Positions 25,210-38,240 of a stretch of DNA of 64,000 nucleotides are shown in pieces. The notes beneath the pieces were generated by a model that was given only the letters and a program-made list of their open reading frames with translations, did no database searches and had not been told where the DNA came from. The stretch's first letter is position 1. Every line of letters starts with the position of its first letter. Both the position numbers and the translations under genes were made by a program. Location: contig OZ024746.1 in the NCBI GenBank assembly GCA_964016885.1, forward strand, positions 6,200,001 to 6,264,000. The letters are read 5' to 3'. This stretch comes from Eledone cirrhosa. Taxonomy: Eukaryota.

Positions 25210-25690
25210 GTACTCCCGGGACCCAAATAATAGGCAGCGGGGATAGCGTTGGTGGATGGAGATGGAATAAGCTGGGTGGTTGGTTGAAAAATCGGTAATA
25301 ATTCTAGGTTGTCTCCGTTGATCTTTTTTACAAACCTGAATTAGTCATTTAGTTTACATATTGAGACCCATCCTATTTATTTTATAACATATGGAATTTC
25401 TAGTAATGTATTTTTTTGTCATGTATAATGTTGTGTAAAGAGAATTAATTGTCGCAGGAATGCTACCTAAAATAATATTTCGCCGGAGATAGATTAGCAA
25501 ACTTTAATAATCGTAGGTGGGGCTGTTGGAATAAAAGAAGGTTGGAAAAATCTGAAAAAATAATAAGTGGGGGGGGGGTATTTCTTTCACCGAAGATAGC
25601 TCAGCAAAATTTAATAAGTGTTGGGAGGTGCGAAAATCTGAAAAAATAATAATCGGAGGGAGTGGACGATTATTCGAGATCCGAGAATAC
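25210..25690 (+). mobile_element. MITE-like DNA element (related copies at 60447-60828 and 60989-61352)
   Basis: Shared CCCATCCTATTTA...GCAGGAATGCTACC...TTCGCCGGAGA interior; imperfect terminal inverted repeats. Confidence 0.6.
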
Positions 25691-26819
25691 TAAGCAGCAA
25701 GAAAACTAAATGGAAACTTTCAGAATTGCAATAAAAATTACAAAGGAAAGTATAACAAACAGATGCCAAATAAATAGATTTTGAAATGGAAATAAGACAT
25801 ATGATGCTGTGTGTTAGAATGAAACCCGTACTGAAAACAATTACAGGCCTGGACATGAGCTAAAAGGTAACAGCTATATCTCGACTCGTTTCTTTACATA
25901 TACTATGAATAACTGTCCTATTGATCTCATCAACATTATCATCCGATGATTTGTTGAGGACTCATTTAAATTCAGTTTTGTTTCCAGGCCATCTTGGGAA
26001 CGGATCAGGTTGGTGCTTTTCCAGTTTTAACAGCAGCCTTACTGTGTACACCAGTAGGACAATTTTCCATTGCCAATTTGCCGAAGCCCAATTCAACGCT
26101 GTGACATAGAAAACACATTTTCTTTCCAAATATTGTGTAATAAACAAGTTTTATACCGTGCTTTATTGGTAAAAATATATGAAACTTAATGGATTAGAAA
26201 GTTATTTAAATAAATTGCATTTTTCGTCTTTTGCGTTTCGCATATAAATATTTTGCACGACATATCACAGTCGTTGAGAAGAAAGTTTTTTTAAATGTTT
26301 GCAAAGTATCAAGAATCAAAAGTCTTTTCACTTGTAAGAATTGACAGTATGTACTGATAGTTTGTTCGTTTTCATTCACACAGGCTTATGTAGGCTTCCA
26401 TTAGCCGACATAACCCTTGACATGTTCCCATTAGATTATTTAAACAACCATTCAGAATTTGGACCATATTTTTTACCGTTTCAGGAGCACAAGATTTTCG
26501 TAATATCCATTTCTTTTTTTTCTATCACATAAGCTCCACAGGCAGTATCCTAATGGGTGTGTATATAGTTGACTATTTCTCCATTCTTGCATAAATACCT
26601 TCTTTGCATTGTTCTTTTCTTATCTAAAAAAAATGGTTGAATTAATCGGTATCATCTCTATGAAAATCATACCTACAACGTACACATGCACATAAAACAC
26701 ACATATATACATATATCATTTACTTATTTATATACATATGTATATTCATAACTTTTCTTTATATTCGCCGTGAGAGAATCACTGCTGCCATTAACGAATA
26801 AGTTTGAATCGCAATATAA

Positions 26820-27008
26820 GGGCAGCGATTAGCAGTATCGGTAGAAGGTCTGATGCCATGTTTTGCAGCATAGAATTACGTCCATTTACGGTTTAAGTTC
26901 AAATCCTGCCGAGGTTAACTTTGCCTTTCATTCTTACGGGGTCAATAAAATAAAGTACCAGTAATGCACTGGGATAATTGCTGGCCTTGTGTCAAAAATA
27001 GAAACAAT
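26820..27008 (+). mobile_element. tRNA-derived octopus-type SINE
   Basis: B box plus core. Confidence 0.8.
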
Positions 27009-27112
27009 ATATATATATACTAGACAAATCCAGTCCATCTTTGGAGAAATCTTTCTGTAGTAGGCGATAGATAGGAATACATAGAGACAAAAACATTAAT
27101 ACAAGATACAAA

Positions 27113-27958
27113 TTAATGAGTGCATCAGCTTTTGTTCCTCTCGGAATGACTGGTAATGTCTGTCTGAAATCTCCTGATAAAACTAATGTAACTCCTCCCA
27201 TAGATGTATTGTTATCTCTTATGTCCTGCAAGGTCATATCAAAAGCTTCCATTGCTCCTCTATGTGACATGGTGCATTCATCTCAAATGGTCAGGTGTCA
27301 TTGGCGCAACACTTCTGCTAAACCTGAGCCTTTGCTTCTGTTACAAATTGAACTGTCACTTCTGAGCAGGTGTAGCGGTAATTTAAAAGCAGAATGAGCT
27401 GTTCGTCCTCCCGGGAGCAGGGTGGCAGAAATGCCAGACGATGCTACTGCAAGTGCAATTCTTTTTTGCCGCCTTACCTTGGGGGGAAGCAATGTTGTTT
27501 CAAATACATTACCTCTGCCACCTGGAGCATCAAGAATAAAAAATTCCTCTTGACTGAGGAAATGCTTTCATAATATGCCTGGCGTTGTTCTTGGAGACGT
27601 TTAGGTTCATGTTCATTCACAAATGCAACCAACTTTGTCTCTCTTGCAAACTCTCTTGAAGTTAAACTACTCTGATTTTGACAGTCCGGAACCAGACTAT
27701 AGCAAATTCTTGCGTCCTATGACCAAAATTGATCCTCAATATTGATGCCTGGGTTTGCATGTTGAACTGCATACTTTAAATCCCCAGCCATATCCTCTTG
27801 ATGTTTCATCCAAAGTTTTCGGGGACTGCCAAATTGACACATGTTTAGCATAATGGAAAAATGGTTACGGGGTTTCCTTGGAGAGTATGAAACTGATGAT
27901 TCAGGCAATGCAAGGTCCCAATGATCATCATTTTTTAACAAAGCTTTCATAGACATTG
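27113..27958 (-). pseudogene. Helitron Rep/Hel PIF1-like helicase fragment
   Basis: LDAPGG (Walker A relic), AVASSGISATLLPGGRTAHSAFKLPL, DECTM, GGVTLVLSGDFRQTLPVIPRG; frameshifted. Confidence 0.88.
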
Positions 27959-29650
27959 TGGCGTGTGTGGTGAGGCGAAGGTGTGGGTGTGGATGTGGAG
28001 GTAGTTATAGGCTATGCATGATGGGAGATGAAAAAGTGTGGTGTTGTACTAGGAGGCGGCTTCTGCTGGTCAGTGGTTTGACGAAAAGGAATAAAATAAA
28101 ATAAAAGGAAAAAAGAAAAAAGATAAGGAAAGTAGGTTAACCTAGGGAAGGGGTGGGGCTTTGGTGTAAACTATCTATATCCTTAAAGGGGTATTTGTAC
28201 TATAAAGAATTAAGGGTTGTAGTTAGTGTTTGAAAAGATTATAGATAAATAAGTGAAAAAGCTGCTAAACTATCTATTCTTTATACTAAAAAGTAAGAAC
28301 TCTATTAATTTGCGGAATAATTTATTCAGTTCCGGCAAAACATCGTTTAAATTCAACTTTTAAATATATATATAAAATGTAATATACGATTTATCCTTTT
28401 TACATAATGTCTTCTATATATATATGATTCATATACTTAATTTACTTTCTATTATCTCTACTTCACATATATATTATTACACCTATCGATAGATTATAAA
28501 ATTCCTTTATATGACTGCTTGAAACTCCTTTAAGGAAAATTTTTTCTTGAAAAATTTACGGAAGGGTTTAAGAAAATCTTTTGAAAATTCCTTTGAAAGA
28601 TATAGAAAAACCATTATTCTTATACCTTCCAGTATTTTTATATTGTTATATTTTCAAACGTTTTTAATATATATATCCAAATGTTTATATATATGTGGGA
28701 AAACATATGATTTTTTTATATATATGTGGTTTATACTTTAAATATATTCTTAAGATAAATTTGTTTAAATATTTTAACTTTATAGCAAGTAAATTTATGA
28801 CTTCGTATAAAATAACATATGGTCCATGTTGTAATTATATTCTTAAAATAGAAAATTTAACTTCTTAACTTTATAGCATTTAATCCTTAGAGTCATCTGA
28901 GTTCTTAAAAAAAAATCACTTATAACTTCCTTTACGTTTCCTTACTGTTTTTATAATATAACTAAGTGGTTATTCTTTTGTAAACTCTCGAAAATTTTCC
29001 ATAAATTTAAAATTATTTGGATGTTTCAAATTTTTGACTTACAACTTTTAATAAAATAAACTATACTAGATTTGTTCTAATGTAAAATAATATATATTTA
29101 TTTAAATAATCTATAATCTTTAACATACACATTATTAAATTTTAATTTTTAATTTTAATCTAATTTTTCAACCTATCATTATAAATATTATAATCCAAAC
29201 ATAATGAATCCTGCATTATAAATATTATTCTTCCACGCTATTCTCATTTCTTCTTTTCTTCATTTCTTCCCTCACGTAAATATACTTACGCTGTATTTAT
29301 CCTTTGAAACTCTTCTCTTCTCTCATATACTTACGCTCTTCTCTTCATGCACGCTATTTTCACTGTCAAAATATATATAATCGTTCTTTCTTTCCTATCC
29401 TATCTTTTTCATTTCTTTATTCTTTTTTTCTTATTTTGTTTATTCTCTCTCCCTCACATATCAACTTCTTCCAACAGTTTAATTTAAATAAACCGTTATC
29501 TTTTTAACCTTTCGGACACTTTGCATACTCAATCCTAATTTTCTATCACCCTCAATAAATGTAATATCTCCACTATCCAGGAAGCTCCAACCGTTAAGGT
29601 TGTCTTTTTTTTCCGAGTATGTCAATATTTATTTATAAAACAAATCTGTA

Positions 29651-29712
29651 TTTTATCTGATGAAAGCGCACCATAATTTGCCTTGGTGGCCCTAGAAATA
29701 TGTATAATAAAA
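29651..29712 (+). ncRNA. Type I hammerhead ribozyme (family C)
   Basis: TTTTAT-CTGATGA-stem II (CACCA/TGGTG)-GAAATATGTATA^ATAAAA; second copy at 50169. Confidence 0.7.
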
Positions 29713-29884
29713 TAAATATGGTTTTATAAATATAGTTTCCATTTATTAATATATTGTGTATTTACTCCACTAACTTGTTGAGTGCTTTATATCAGTTATA
29801 AAATTTTTTTAAATGTTTAAGCTTGTTGAATCCCAACAAATTAAATATAACCTGTGCATACATATATATATATATATATATGTC

Positions 29885-29997
<113 letters not shown>

Positions 29998-30759
29998 ACA
30001 CACACACATACGCACAAGATACACCCGGGGACACACACATAATACATATATATATATATATATATGCGTGTTAATAGATACATGAAATAGTTGCTGCCCC
30101 AGCTATATGTGTTAGCTCATACACCGGTACATACAAGCACACTCTCATCCGTGTTATACGTAGTTACTGACACACACACACGCATACACATACACATGTC
30201 TGTATCTCTGCATGTGTGCACACTACGAAATATGTGTGCTCATAGCCCCGCAGATCCATACATCTTTATCAGACTGCAGGGTGTACATATATACACACAA
30301 ACCCAGGTGCATGTGTGTGCCCTAGCAGTGCGTCAAGATATCTATCTTATAGGAATATATGGTGGTAAACATTTATTTTAGGATATGATAAAGGTGAAAA
30401 TGTGTTGGGAAATACATGTAATGTTAGTAATAACGGTGATGAAATTGGTGATACAAATAGAAGTGATGAAACTAATTGTGGTAATTTATAGGATGCTGGT
30501 GGTTTAGGCGTGCCTCTGGAGTGTGTGATACGTGTTGGTGTGGGTGAGAATGGTTGGTACATGGTGATATGTTTAGTGATGGGGGACATGATAAAGAATA
30601 CAATATAATATTAACAAGAATAACAGTGCTAATGTAACAGTGGTAATGAAGACGAGGATAAAGTTGATCAGATATGATAAAAATTGTGGTAATTACTGTA
30701 GTGTTGTGTCCATCGTTAGCTAAGTTCAGGTGGTTACATTTTGGTCTGTCCGTGGTTCC

Positions 30760-31033
30760 TGTCGGAATACCATGGCGGAGAATATTAGCTTTCTGGTGTG
30801 TCTACAGCTTATGAGGAGTTCCGATCTGAAATTAATGATCTCTGCCGATTCTGCCAGGCACAAATTGCAGTGGCTTCCTCCGGGGGAATGTTGGGCCACG
30901 TGTCTCCTTATGGACCATTTGATCTGGTATTTCGGGTTCCTATCCTTGAGGTCTCAGATCAAATCGCCCAGTCTGGTTTGGGAACGCTTAGTCAAGGGCC
31001 CTGAAGAATATTCCTGGGATATTAGTAGCAACG
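30760..31033 (-). pseudogene. Internally deleted Naiad-like PLE fragment (thumb joined to GIY-YIG C-terminus)
   Basis: Minus strand reads VATNIPGIFFRALD then TRLGDLI*DLKDRNPKYQIKWSI...HCNLCLAESAEII...SCRH; homologous to ~35200 and 39380-39670. Confidence 0.75.
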
Positions 31034-31059
31034 TGTATATATATATATGTATATATATA

Positions 31060-31255
31060 AGTTTATCCCAGGTTCAATTGGGGGTTACCACAGTAAGTAA
31101 GGTACTCAATACAAAGCAGAGTATAAATATTTAATGTAGAAAGACTTCTACAGGACTAGAACTGTTTCATTCCGGAGAAATCATCGGGGCTTACTGATGA
31201 TTTCACCGGAATGAAAGAGTTCTAGTCTTGTAGAAGCCTTTCTACATTAAATATA
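31060..31255. mobile_element. Fold-back element with two oppositely oriented hammerhead motifs (family D)
   Basis: Palindrome centred ~31190; + strand CTGATGA (31194)...GAAA...GTA^GAAGC; same element at 51390-51595. Confidence 0.72.
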
Positions 31256-31919
31256 TATATATTATTTATGTATAGATATATGTATATATATATATATATA
31301 CTGTCGCTCAGAGAGTGGAATTGGCTCAGTGCACAGTCTTTCCTCACTTTAAAAAATATCTTCACGCACAGGCATTGCACGATAGAATTAATTAATAATT
31401 ATTAATTATGATATAACGTGCAATGGTCTTACTCGATAACGAGGGGGCAGCCATCATATATATATATATACATACAAATATATATATAAATATATGAGGT
31501 TATAGTGTAGTACAGCCGCGTTGAAACGTTTGTAGAGATGCATGAATAATTAATAAGTTCTTATCCTTGGCTGTCTTAAAATTTAGATTTTAAATGCTCT
31601 GCGACCCGAAGCGCTATTAAAGTATATATACATATATATGTGTATACATTAAAGTATATATACATATATATGTGTATACATTAAAGTATATATACATATT
31701 TCGTTTCTGAATTTGTTTAGCAAGATTCTTTATCTGAAATCGTGTGTTGAAACCGATATTGTTATACTTTGGGAGGGTCATGTTGCCAATAAGAAACACA
31801 CGCACCAGTTGCTTTCACTTCAATTTATTATATATTTATAAATTTATAAATTCACAAATCTATAAACTTATAAATTTCTGGTTGGTTGGTTCCACAACCA
31901 GATAGTTATTAGCAAGATA

Positions 31920-32324
31920 TACCCGTTCCAAAGACCCTCATGTATAGATAAGAAATGTATAACCTGTAAAATAAGCCCCCATATTAACTGTAAAACTAGA
32001 AATGTAGTGTATAGCATAAGATGTACTGAAGGACAATGTAGAAACAAAAATATAGTGTACATAGGTGAGACAGCTCGTAGAATAGTGGAACGAATAAATG
32101 AACACTGGCGAGACCTTCAAGATAATAAAGAATCATCTGTGCTCTACCAACATGCTAAGATAGAACACAAGGGTAAATTAGAGAACATAGAAATAAAAAT
32201 AGAATCCACACACAGAAAAGATGCAATGTTTAGGCAAATTACAGAGGCAGTAAGCATAAAAGAATTACAACCAAAATTAAATAGAAAATATGAGTGGAAC
32301 AGCAACATCACAACTTACAATTAA
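31920..32324 (+). pseudogene. PLE GIY-YIG endonuclease C-terminus
   Basis: C-x4-C-x2-C linker, NCKTRNVVYSIRC, YIGETARRIVERINEH, H, EA..I...PKLN. Confidence 0.88.
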
Positions 32325-32539
32325 GGACAAAATGAAAACACACACACACATAGAACAAACAACCAACCAACAACATGTAAATAAATAAATAAATAAATAA
32401 ACAAATAGATAAATGAACACAAACACACACAGACACCCGAATGTGGCGCATGCGCAAACTGAGCACACAACACACACACAGAAACAAAATGGCGTAGGAC
32501 AGAAGAAAGGAAAGGCACAGAAACAAAGAAAGGAATCCC

Positions 32540-32586
32540 CAGTCACTGAAGAGGTCACAGAGTGTGTGACGAAAGGACTATGACTG
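32540..32586 (+). ncRNA. Minimal type I hammerhead ribozyme (family E) in PLE 3' UTR
   Basis: CAGTCA-CTGAAGA-g-GTCACA gagtg TGTGAC-GAAAG GA CTA^TGACTG. Confidence 0.82.
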
Positions 32587-34552
32587 TATATAAACAACTA
32601 TCTGGTTGTGGAACCAATCAACCAACCAGAAATTTATAAGTTTGTAGATTTGTGAATTTATAAATTTATAAATATATAATAAATTGAAGTGAAAGCAACT
32701 GGTGCGTGTGTTTCTTATTGGCAACATGACCCTCCCAAAGAATAACAATATATATACATATATATGTGTATACATTAAAGTATATATACATATATATGTG
32801 TGTACATTAAAGTATATATACATATGTATCTGTATACATTTAAAAGAATCAAAGTCAGTGTTGCAACATATGAACAATCTTTATTTGTATATTAGAATTG
32901 TTTTGAAATGGATCATCTCACGGTACAATAAAGGTGACGGGACCAGACTCTTTTTTGACTTCATTGATGTCATCATTAAAAATTGGCGAGGGCCATGACT
33001 AATGATCGTATACTGAATACCATGCAGTTCACTGCTGCCTGGTTTTTCCAATGTTTTTTACTCCATTACAAAAAACATGAATAAACTGTAGTTGAAATTG
33101 TTCGGATAGAAATTGATAAGAAATTGACAGTAAAAGGTACACTACGAAACGTAATGGTTAACATATATATTGATAACTATAAACTTTTCTTTTTATTTGC
33201 TGTGAGAAATTTGGGGCGAATATATATATTGTCGGTTATGATCACCCAAGTGTCTTTTGTCCTTTACGGGCAGAAGTCCTGTTAAACTGGGGATATGCGA
33301 CAATCGGCTACAACTCGGGGATAACCTAGTGTTTTGGTTGTTTATAAAGACTTGTATCTCCACAAAACACACTTGTGTTAATTGAAGAGCAAATAAACAG
33401 TTGGTTAATATAAAACTTGCTCAAGATGATCTATATTCCAATAGCTTGTTAACTAACCTGATTTGACCTCAGTCATTGACAATATTTGTTTCCTTACCTG
33501 GTGTCATTAGAACCTGTCACAACCCCCCCCCCCTTCCTCTCTTTCTTCTGTGGCCTAAAATTCATTGCGTTTTCCCCTCCGTTTCCTCTCATTTATGGCC
33601 TTTATAGTACTTTCCTCTGCTTTCCTTTACAACCAAATCTTCCCTTTTTTAACTCTTTCCTCCTTTTTTCATTACTTAATTCTGTGTTAATCTTTTTTTA
33701 ATATTTCCAACATTGTATAACTTCTGTAAAATATAGTTGACATAATAGGTTTATATATAACAGGCAACAAAATATGTTCATCATTGTATAACCTCTGTCA
33801 GTAAAATATATTTGACATAATATGTTTATATATAACAGATAACAAAGTGAAATTTTTCTTCCTTACATACGTAATATGCAGAAAAGCAACCCAGCAGAAA
33901 CAATGAAAGCTTTAGATTTTAACATGTAGTCAGAATATTTCTTGGAGCTAAACATAGTAAGCCATATGGACATTTCCTTCTTAGAAGAAATATGGAATTA
34001 TTTCATCTGCTTAGAATATGCATAGAGCTATCAAGCTTAATAAATATATCAACACTGTCGGGTTATAATGGACGTGTGCCTTATTTTTTAGATTGTGTTA
34101 ACGTTTCCCTATCCTCAGATGATATAATATATCACTTAACCAAAAGAACTTAAACACATTTAGTATTGCCTGTTCTTGAAACATATGAAACCGAGATGTA
34201 ATGGTGGACCTCAAATTGTCCTAATATTGCCTAAAATAGTAAAACACACTCACTGTTTGGTTTTCTTGAAAATGTTTACTCTGCAAGATATTTTAGAGTT
34301 TCTTTTAAATTGCTATAGAAATAGAAGTTTTCGCCATATCATAGGCGTCCACAAAAAAGGAATCTTGCTTCAGGCAATGGATAATTCTTTTCGGTGTTTC
34401 ACAAGATGGCTCTTTTAAAAGAGATTTTAGGAGGGTCTTCTATTGAGATAAACATAAAAGAAACTAAAGAAGTATGATTAGAAAGCAGCTAGCGAATTTT
34501 GAAATTGAAGTAGAAATATAAGGCTTCGCTGTAACATTTTATTCAATATTAT

Positions 34553-34739
34553 AGTGGATTGGCAGTATCGGTTGAGAGTCGGATATCATGCTTTGCAGCA
34601 TAGTTACGGCCCTTTTATGATCTGAGTTCAAATCGCGCCGAGGTTAACTTTGCTTTTCGACCTTACGGGGTCGATAAAATAAAGTACCAGCAATGCACTG
34701 GGTAATTGCTGGCTTTGTGCCAAAGGTCGAAACCAAAAT
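34553..34739 (+). mobile_element. SINE at the truncated 3' end of the PLE
   Basis: A/B boxes plus core. Confidence 0.8.
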
Positions 34740-34759
34740 AGGTAAAAGAATTAGTACCA

Positions 34760-36890
34760 GTACCTTACATTCATACACTAAATGTTTATCAAGACATTGG
34801 TTATTAAGAGGACATTTAGTTCTAACACGGCAATTACAATTACGATTAGAGAAATTACCAGAGTTATTAACAAGTGACCTAGTATTATTTATAGAAGGAA
34901 TTGGATTGGAGAAGTTATTTACGATAGGTGCTAAAGTTTCCTGATTTAGATTGGTGTTATGAACATTCGACAAAGTTACGTTTGACGTGGTATTTAAATT
35001 TACTGAATCTAGCCTAGAGTTAACATTGACGTCGGGTTTACTATTGCTATTATTATGACGCTCAGTGTTGGATGGATATAATTTATTATTTAATATTTTA
35101 TTATTATGTTTAGAGATAATGTTAGAGATGTTGGAAGTGGTGGAATAAGAGAATTTCTATAGATATGCGAGGGAGGGAAGCATTTATCTAAGGCCCTAAA
35201 AAATAGTTTAGGAATATTACTAGTAATAGATAGAGAAAAAGGAGCGTTGTACCAAATCATATTGTATCTAGGTCTTTTCTTTAAGTTATTGGAATGTTCA
35301 TAACTAACTATTTTACTATAAGTCCCTCGATGATTGGATTCTTTACTGTATTTAATTTTGTCAGGATAACCGGCTTTGGAAAGCGCATTATTATAATAAT
35401 TGGCATTAGCGTCGAAGATAACTTTATTAGAGGATAGAATTGAGATTCTTTTTTCAACATTACTGACTATAACATTTTTAACGTTAATGGGGTGGTTAGA
35501 TTTAAAATTAACATAATTTAGATTCTCATTGTCTTTATGGTAAGGGTAATATAGGCTGGTGTCAAGATTAAGGGATATATCCAGGAAGTTAGCTAGTTTG
35601 GCGTTGTTTTCAAATTCAATTTTTAGGTTATGGTGCTTAAATAGATCAAGTATATTATTCTTAATAATATTAAGGTTAACTAAGTTACAGTTTAAGACAG
35701 TAAAAAGGGCATCGTCACGATAAATTCCACCGCGAAGTTGAGGAATTTTCCGATTTAAAGAATTCAAAATAAAGATACCAATCAAGTCCGTCAATTGCGC
35801 TGAATCTGACGTGATATCAAAATTGTTGGAAGTATCAGCTCTAGTCCAATATTCGTTGTTGAATTCCAGGATAGTTTTTCTTGCGGTGAGAATGATGTAA
35901 AGTTCATCTGTGGTAATGTCCGAATATTTAAATGCGAAAGATAGAGCGTTGTTGAGGAGTGAAGGCGAAATAGAAGAATAGGAACTGGCAATGTCAAACT
36001 GAATACATTTTTGTTTGTTTTTATTATTCAGATCATTGAACCAGTCAATTACATCAGATGTACCAATCCATAAATTTAAGTTAGAAATAGAGCAATTAGA
36101 ACGAACCTGTGGGATAATTCTATCCAAGATGGATTTACTAACAACCCCCAGATCTGATTTAGAGGGGACGATTAGTCTAACAGGCAGTTCCGTTCGAAAG
36201 TTATTTTTGTGATCCTTAAGATTTATCCTCGGAGTTCTTGGGAAGAATGGTTCGGTCTTTTTCTCGATGTCAAGTTTAGATATAATCTCAGAAGCTTCCA
36301 AGTTTATAGATTCCAAATTCTCATGGTTAGTTTTACGATAATTCTTCCTTAGTTCCTTAAGGATAAGGTTATTATATTTATCTTTAGATACGCCATATAC
36401 ATTATTAGTTTTGTCGGAATGGACTAAGACTTTTTTAGAGGAATTAAGGTCCGAAATCGTATTCCTGAGATTTATAAGGTACTCCTGTCCTCTATAAGGG
36501 TTTCTCTTGAATTTAAGTCCTCTTATAATTGTTTCTACTTTAGGCACAAGGCCAGCAATTACCCAGTGCATTACTGGTACTTTATTTTATCGACCCCGTA
36601 AGGATGAAAGGCAAAGTCACCCTCGGCGGGCTTATAATATTAGTTAATTCTTCCTCAAACTGCGCTAGATTTTTATTGAAAGGAGGATTTCTTCTAGAGT
36701 TAAATAAATGATCAATATTGTTACGTTCCTTAGTATAGAAATTTCCTTTTAAGCGCTGGTCGTGGAAAAAAGCGATCCATCTAAGCCTTCTCACAAAAGA
36801 GTCAGTTTTTTCAATCAGAAGTTTAGTGAATTCAGATTTACCAGGTATAGGAATGTCTTTAATTGAAGTTGTTATGTTGTAATAATCCAT
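34760..36890 (-). pseudogene. PLE reverse transcriptase / GIY-YIG polyprotein, disrupted
   Basis: SDKT, LKDHK..F...VRLI, FDIASSYSSI, GIYRDD, NFLDISLNL, SNHP, CNCRVRTKCPLNNQCL..LVYECKV; SINE insertion at 36530, frameshift near 35150, motif B appears shortened. Confidence 0.87.
36530..36630 (-). mobile_element. Truncated SINE inserted in the PLE ORF
   Basis: 8-bp TSD CTTATAAT at 36522 and 36631; excision restores the frame TNIIRGLK. Confidence 0.88.
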
Positions 36891-37094
36891 GTTATAGAAG
36901 AAAAATTAGAGACCATCGAAGGTATCCGATATAAGAGTTAGCGCTCAAACAGTCAAGGAGCAAGTTAATGTAGGAGGTGAATTTTATTGTAGCACAATAA
37001 AGCAATGCAAATATCCGATAAGTAGCACTCAACAGTTCATAGGACTGGAGTATAAATAATATAAGATTAAAAGATGGTTAAAAGAGTTCCATGT

Positions 37095-37163
37095 ATTTCA
37101 TTATGCGCATTTCAAAAACAAATATCATCATGGGATGATATTTGCGTTCTCATCAGATAAAAT
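37095..37163 (-). ncRNA. Type I hammerhead ribozyme upstream of the PLE ORF (family F)
   Basis: ATTTTAT-CTGATGA-long stem II (CAAATATCATC/GATGATATTTG)-GAAATGCGCATA^ATGAAAT; palindromic stem III ATGCGCAT. Confidence 0.85.
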
Positions 37164-37219
37164 AGGGAGACATGATATGAAGCTTAAAAAACACTTGCGA
37201 GCAGTGAAGTGTTAAATCA

Positions 37220-37273
<54 letters not shown>

Positions 37274-37277
<4 letters not shown>

Positions 37278-37897
37278 TAAAAGAGAAAACACAGGTAAGC
37301 ATTAAGAGAAGGATTTAATCCAGGTGTTTACGACCGTTTCATTGGTAAGTGAAACCTTATATTGCTATACTGCAAATAGCAGCCACTCAATTATAATTGT
37401 TGTTCACAGTCCAAATTTTCAAAATAGTGAGTTCCTCTTGAAATAATTCTTAATATATAGAGAAAAACATTTATTTGGAATTGTATTTACTAGTATATAG
37501 AGAGAGGAATCAGGAGGTGAGTGGGACAGACGGCATAGTATATAGAGAGAGGAAGGGGGAAGAGGTAGGAAGTAGAATGACAAACTGAGATGGAGGGAGG
37601 GGTAGAGGTGGAAGGATTCTTTGGTCAGTTTTGATAGCAGACATCATGTCGTGGAGTGTAGTGAGTTAAAAAGAATTAAATAGATACAATTCCAAATAAA
37701 TGTTTTTCTCTATATATTAAGAATTATTTCAAGAGTAACTCACTATTTTGAAAATTTGGACTGTGAACAACAATTATAATTGAGTGGCTGCTATTTGCAG
37801 TATAGCAATATAAGGTTGCACTTACCAATGAAACGGTCGTAAATACCTGGATTAAATCCTTCTCTTAATGCTTACCTGTGTTTTCTCTTTTATACTT
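37274..37897. repeat. ~210-bp inverted repeat pair, probably a PLE inverted pseudo-LTR
   Basis: 37274-37487 is the reverse complement of 37684-37897; contains the HHR 3' half GAAACGGTCGTA. Confidence 0.75.
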
Positions 37898-38152
37898 TAT
37901 ACTCCAAGATTGAACGGAATTCTTACAAACTTGTGGAGTTACCCCTAACCGTACGTTGAAACCATCCATGAAACTGGCTTTCTTAACCAAAAATCTGGAT
38001 CACAATAAGCAATTTTTTGCCTCTCTAACTAAATATATATATATATATATATATTATAACTACAGATTAAAGTTTAAGCAAAGTATCGCTGCTTTGACCC
38101 TTTACAGGATCTTCTGAAAAAGAAAAATATTTGCTCTACGTGTTTTTATATA

Positions 38153-38237
<85 letters not shown>

Positions 38238-38240
<3 letters not shown>

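Larger units (their letters stand above)
31617..32830 (+). mobile_element. 5'-truncated Penelope-like element with inverted pseudo-LTR segment
   Basis: GIY-YIG coding end plus 3' UTR with HHR; 31617-31910 is the reverse complement of ~32595-32830. Confidence 0.85.
34745..37205 (-). mobile_element. Penelope-like element, probably Naiad clade, near full length, 3'-truncated
   Basis: 5' HHR, N-terminal SIKDIPIP, RT, CNC-x5-CP-x4-C motif preceding GIY-YIG. Confidence 0.85.

Noticed and set aside
25030-26620. Possible minus-strand host exons or transposase relic
   Set aside because: Acceptor-like sites are present but frames are short, contain stops and have no recognisable motif
30954-30956. 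In-frame TGA in a Naiad-like fragment as possible selenocysteine
   Set aside because: Aligns to the conserved Trp (IW.LK), so most likely a TGG>TGA nonsense change; no SECIS seen
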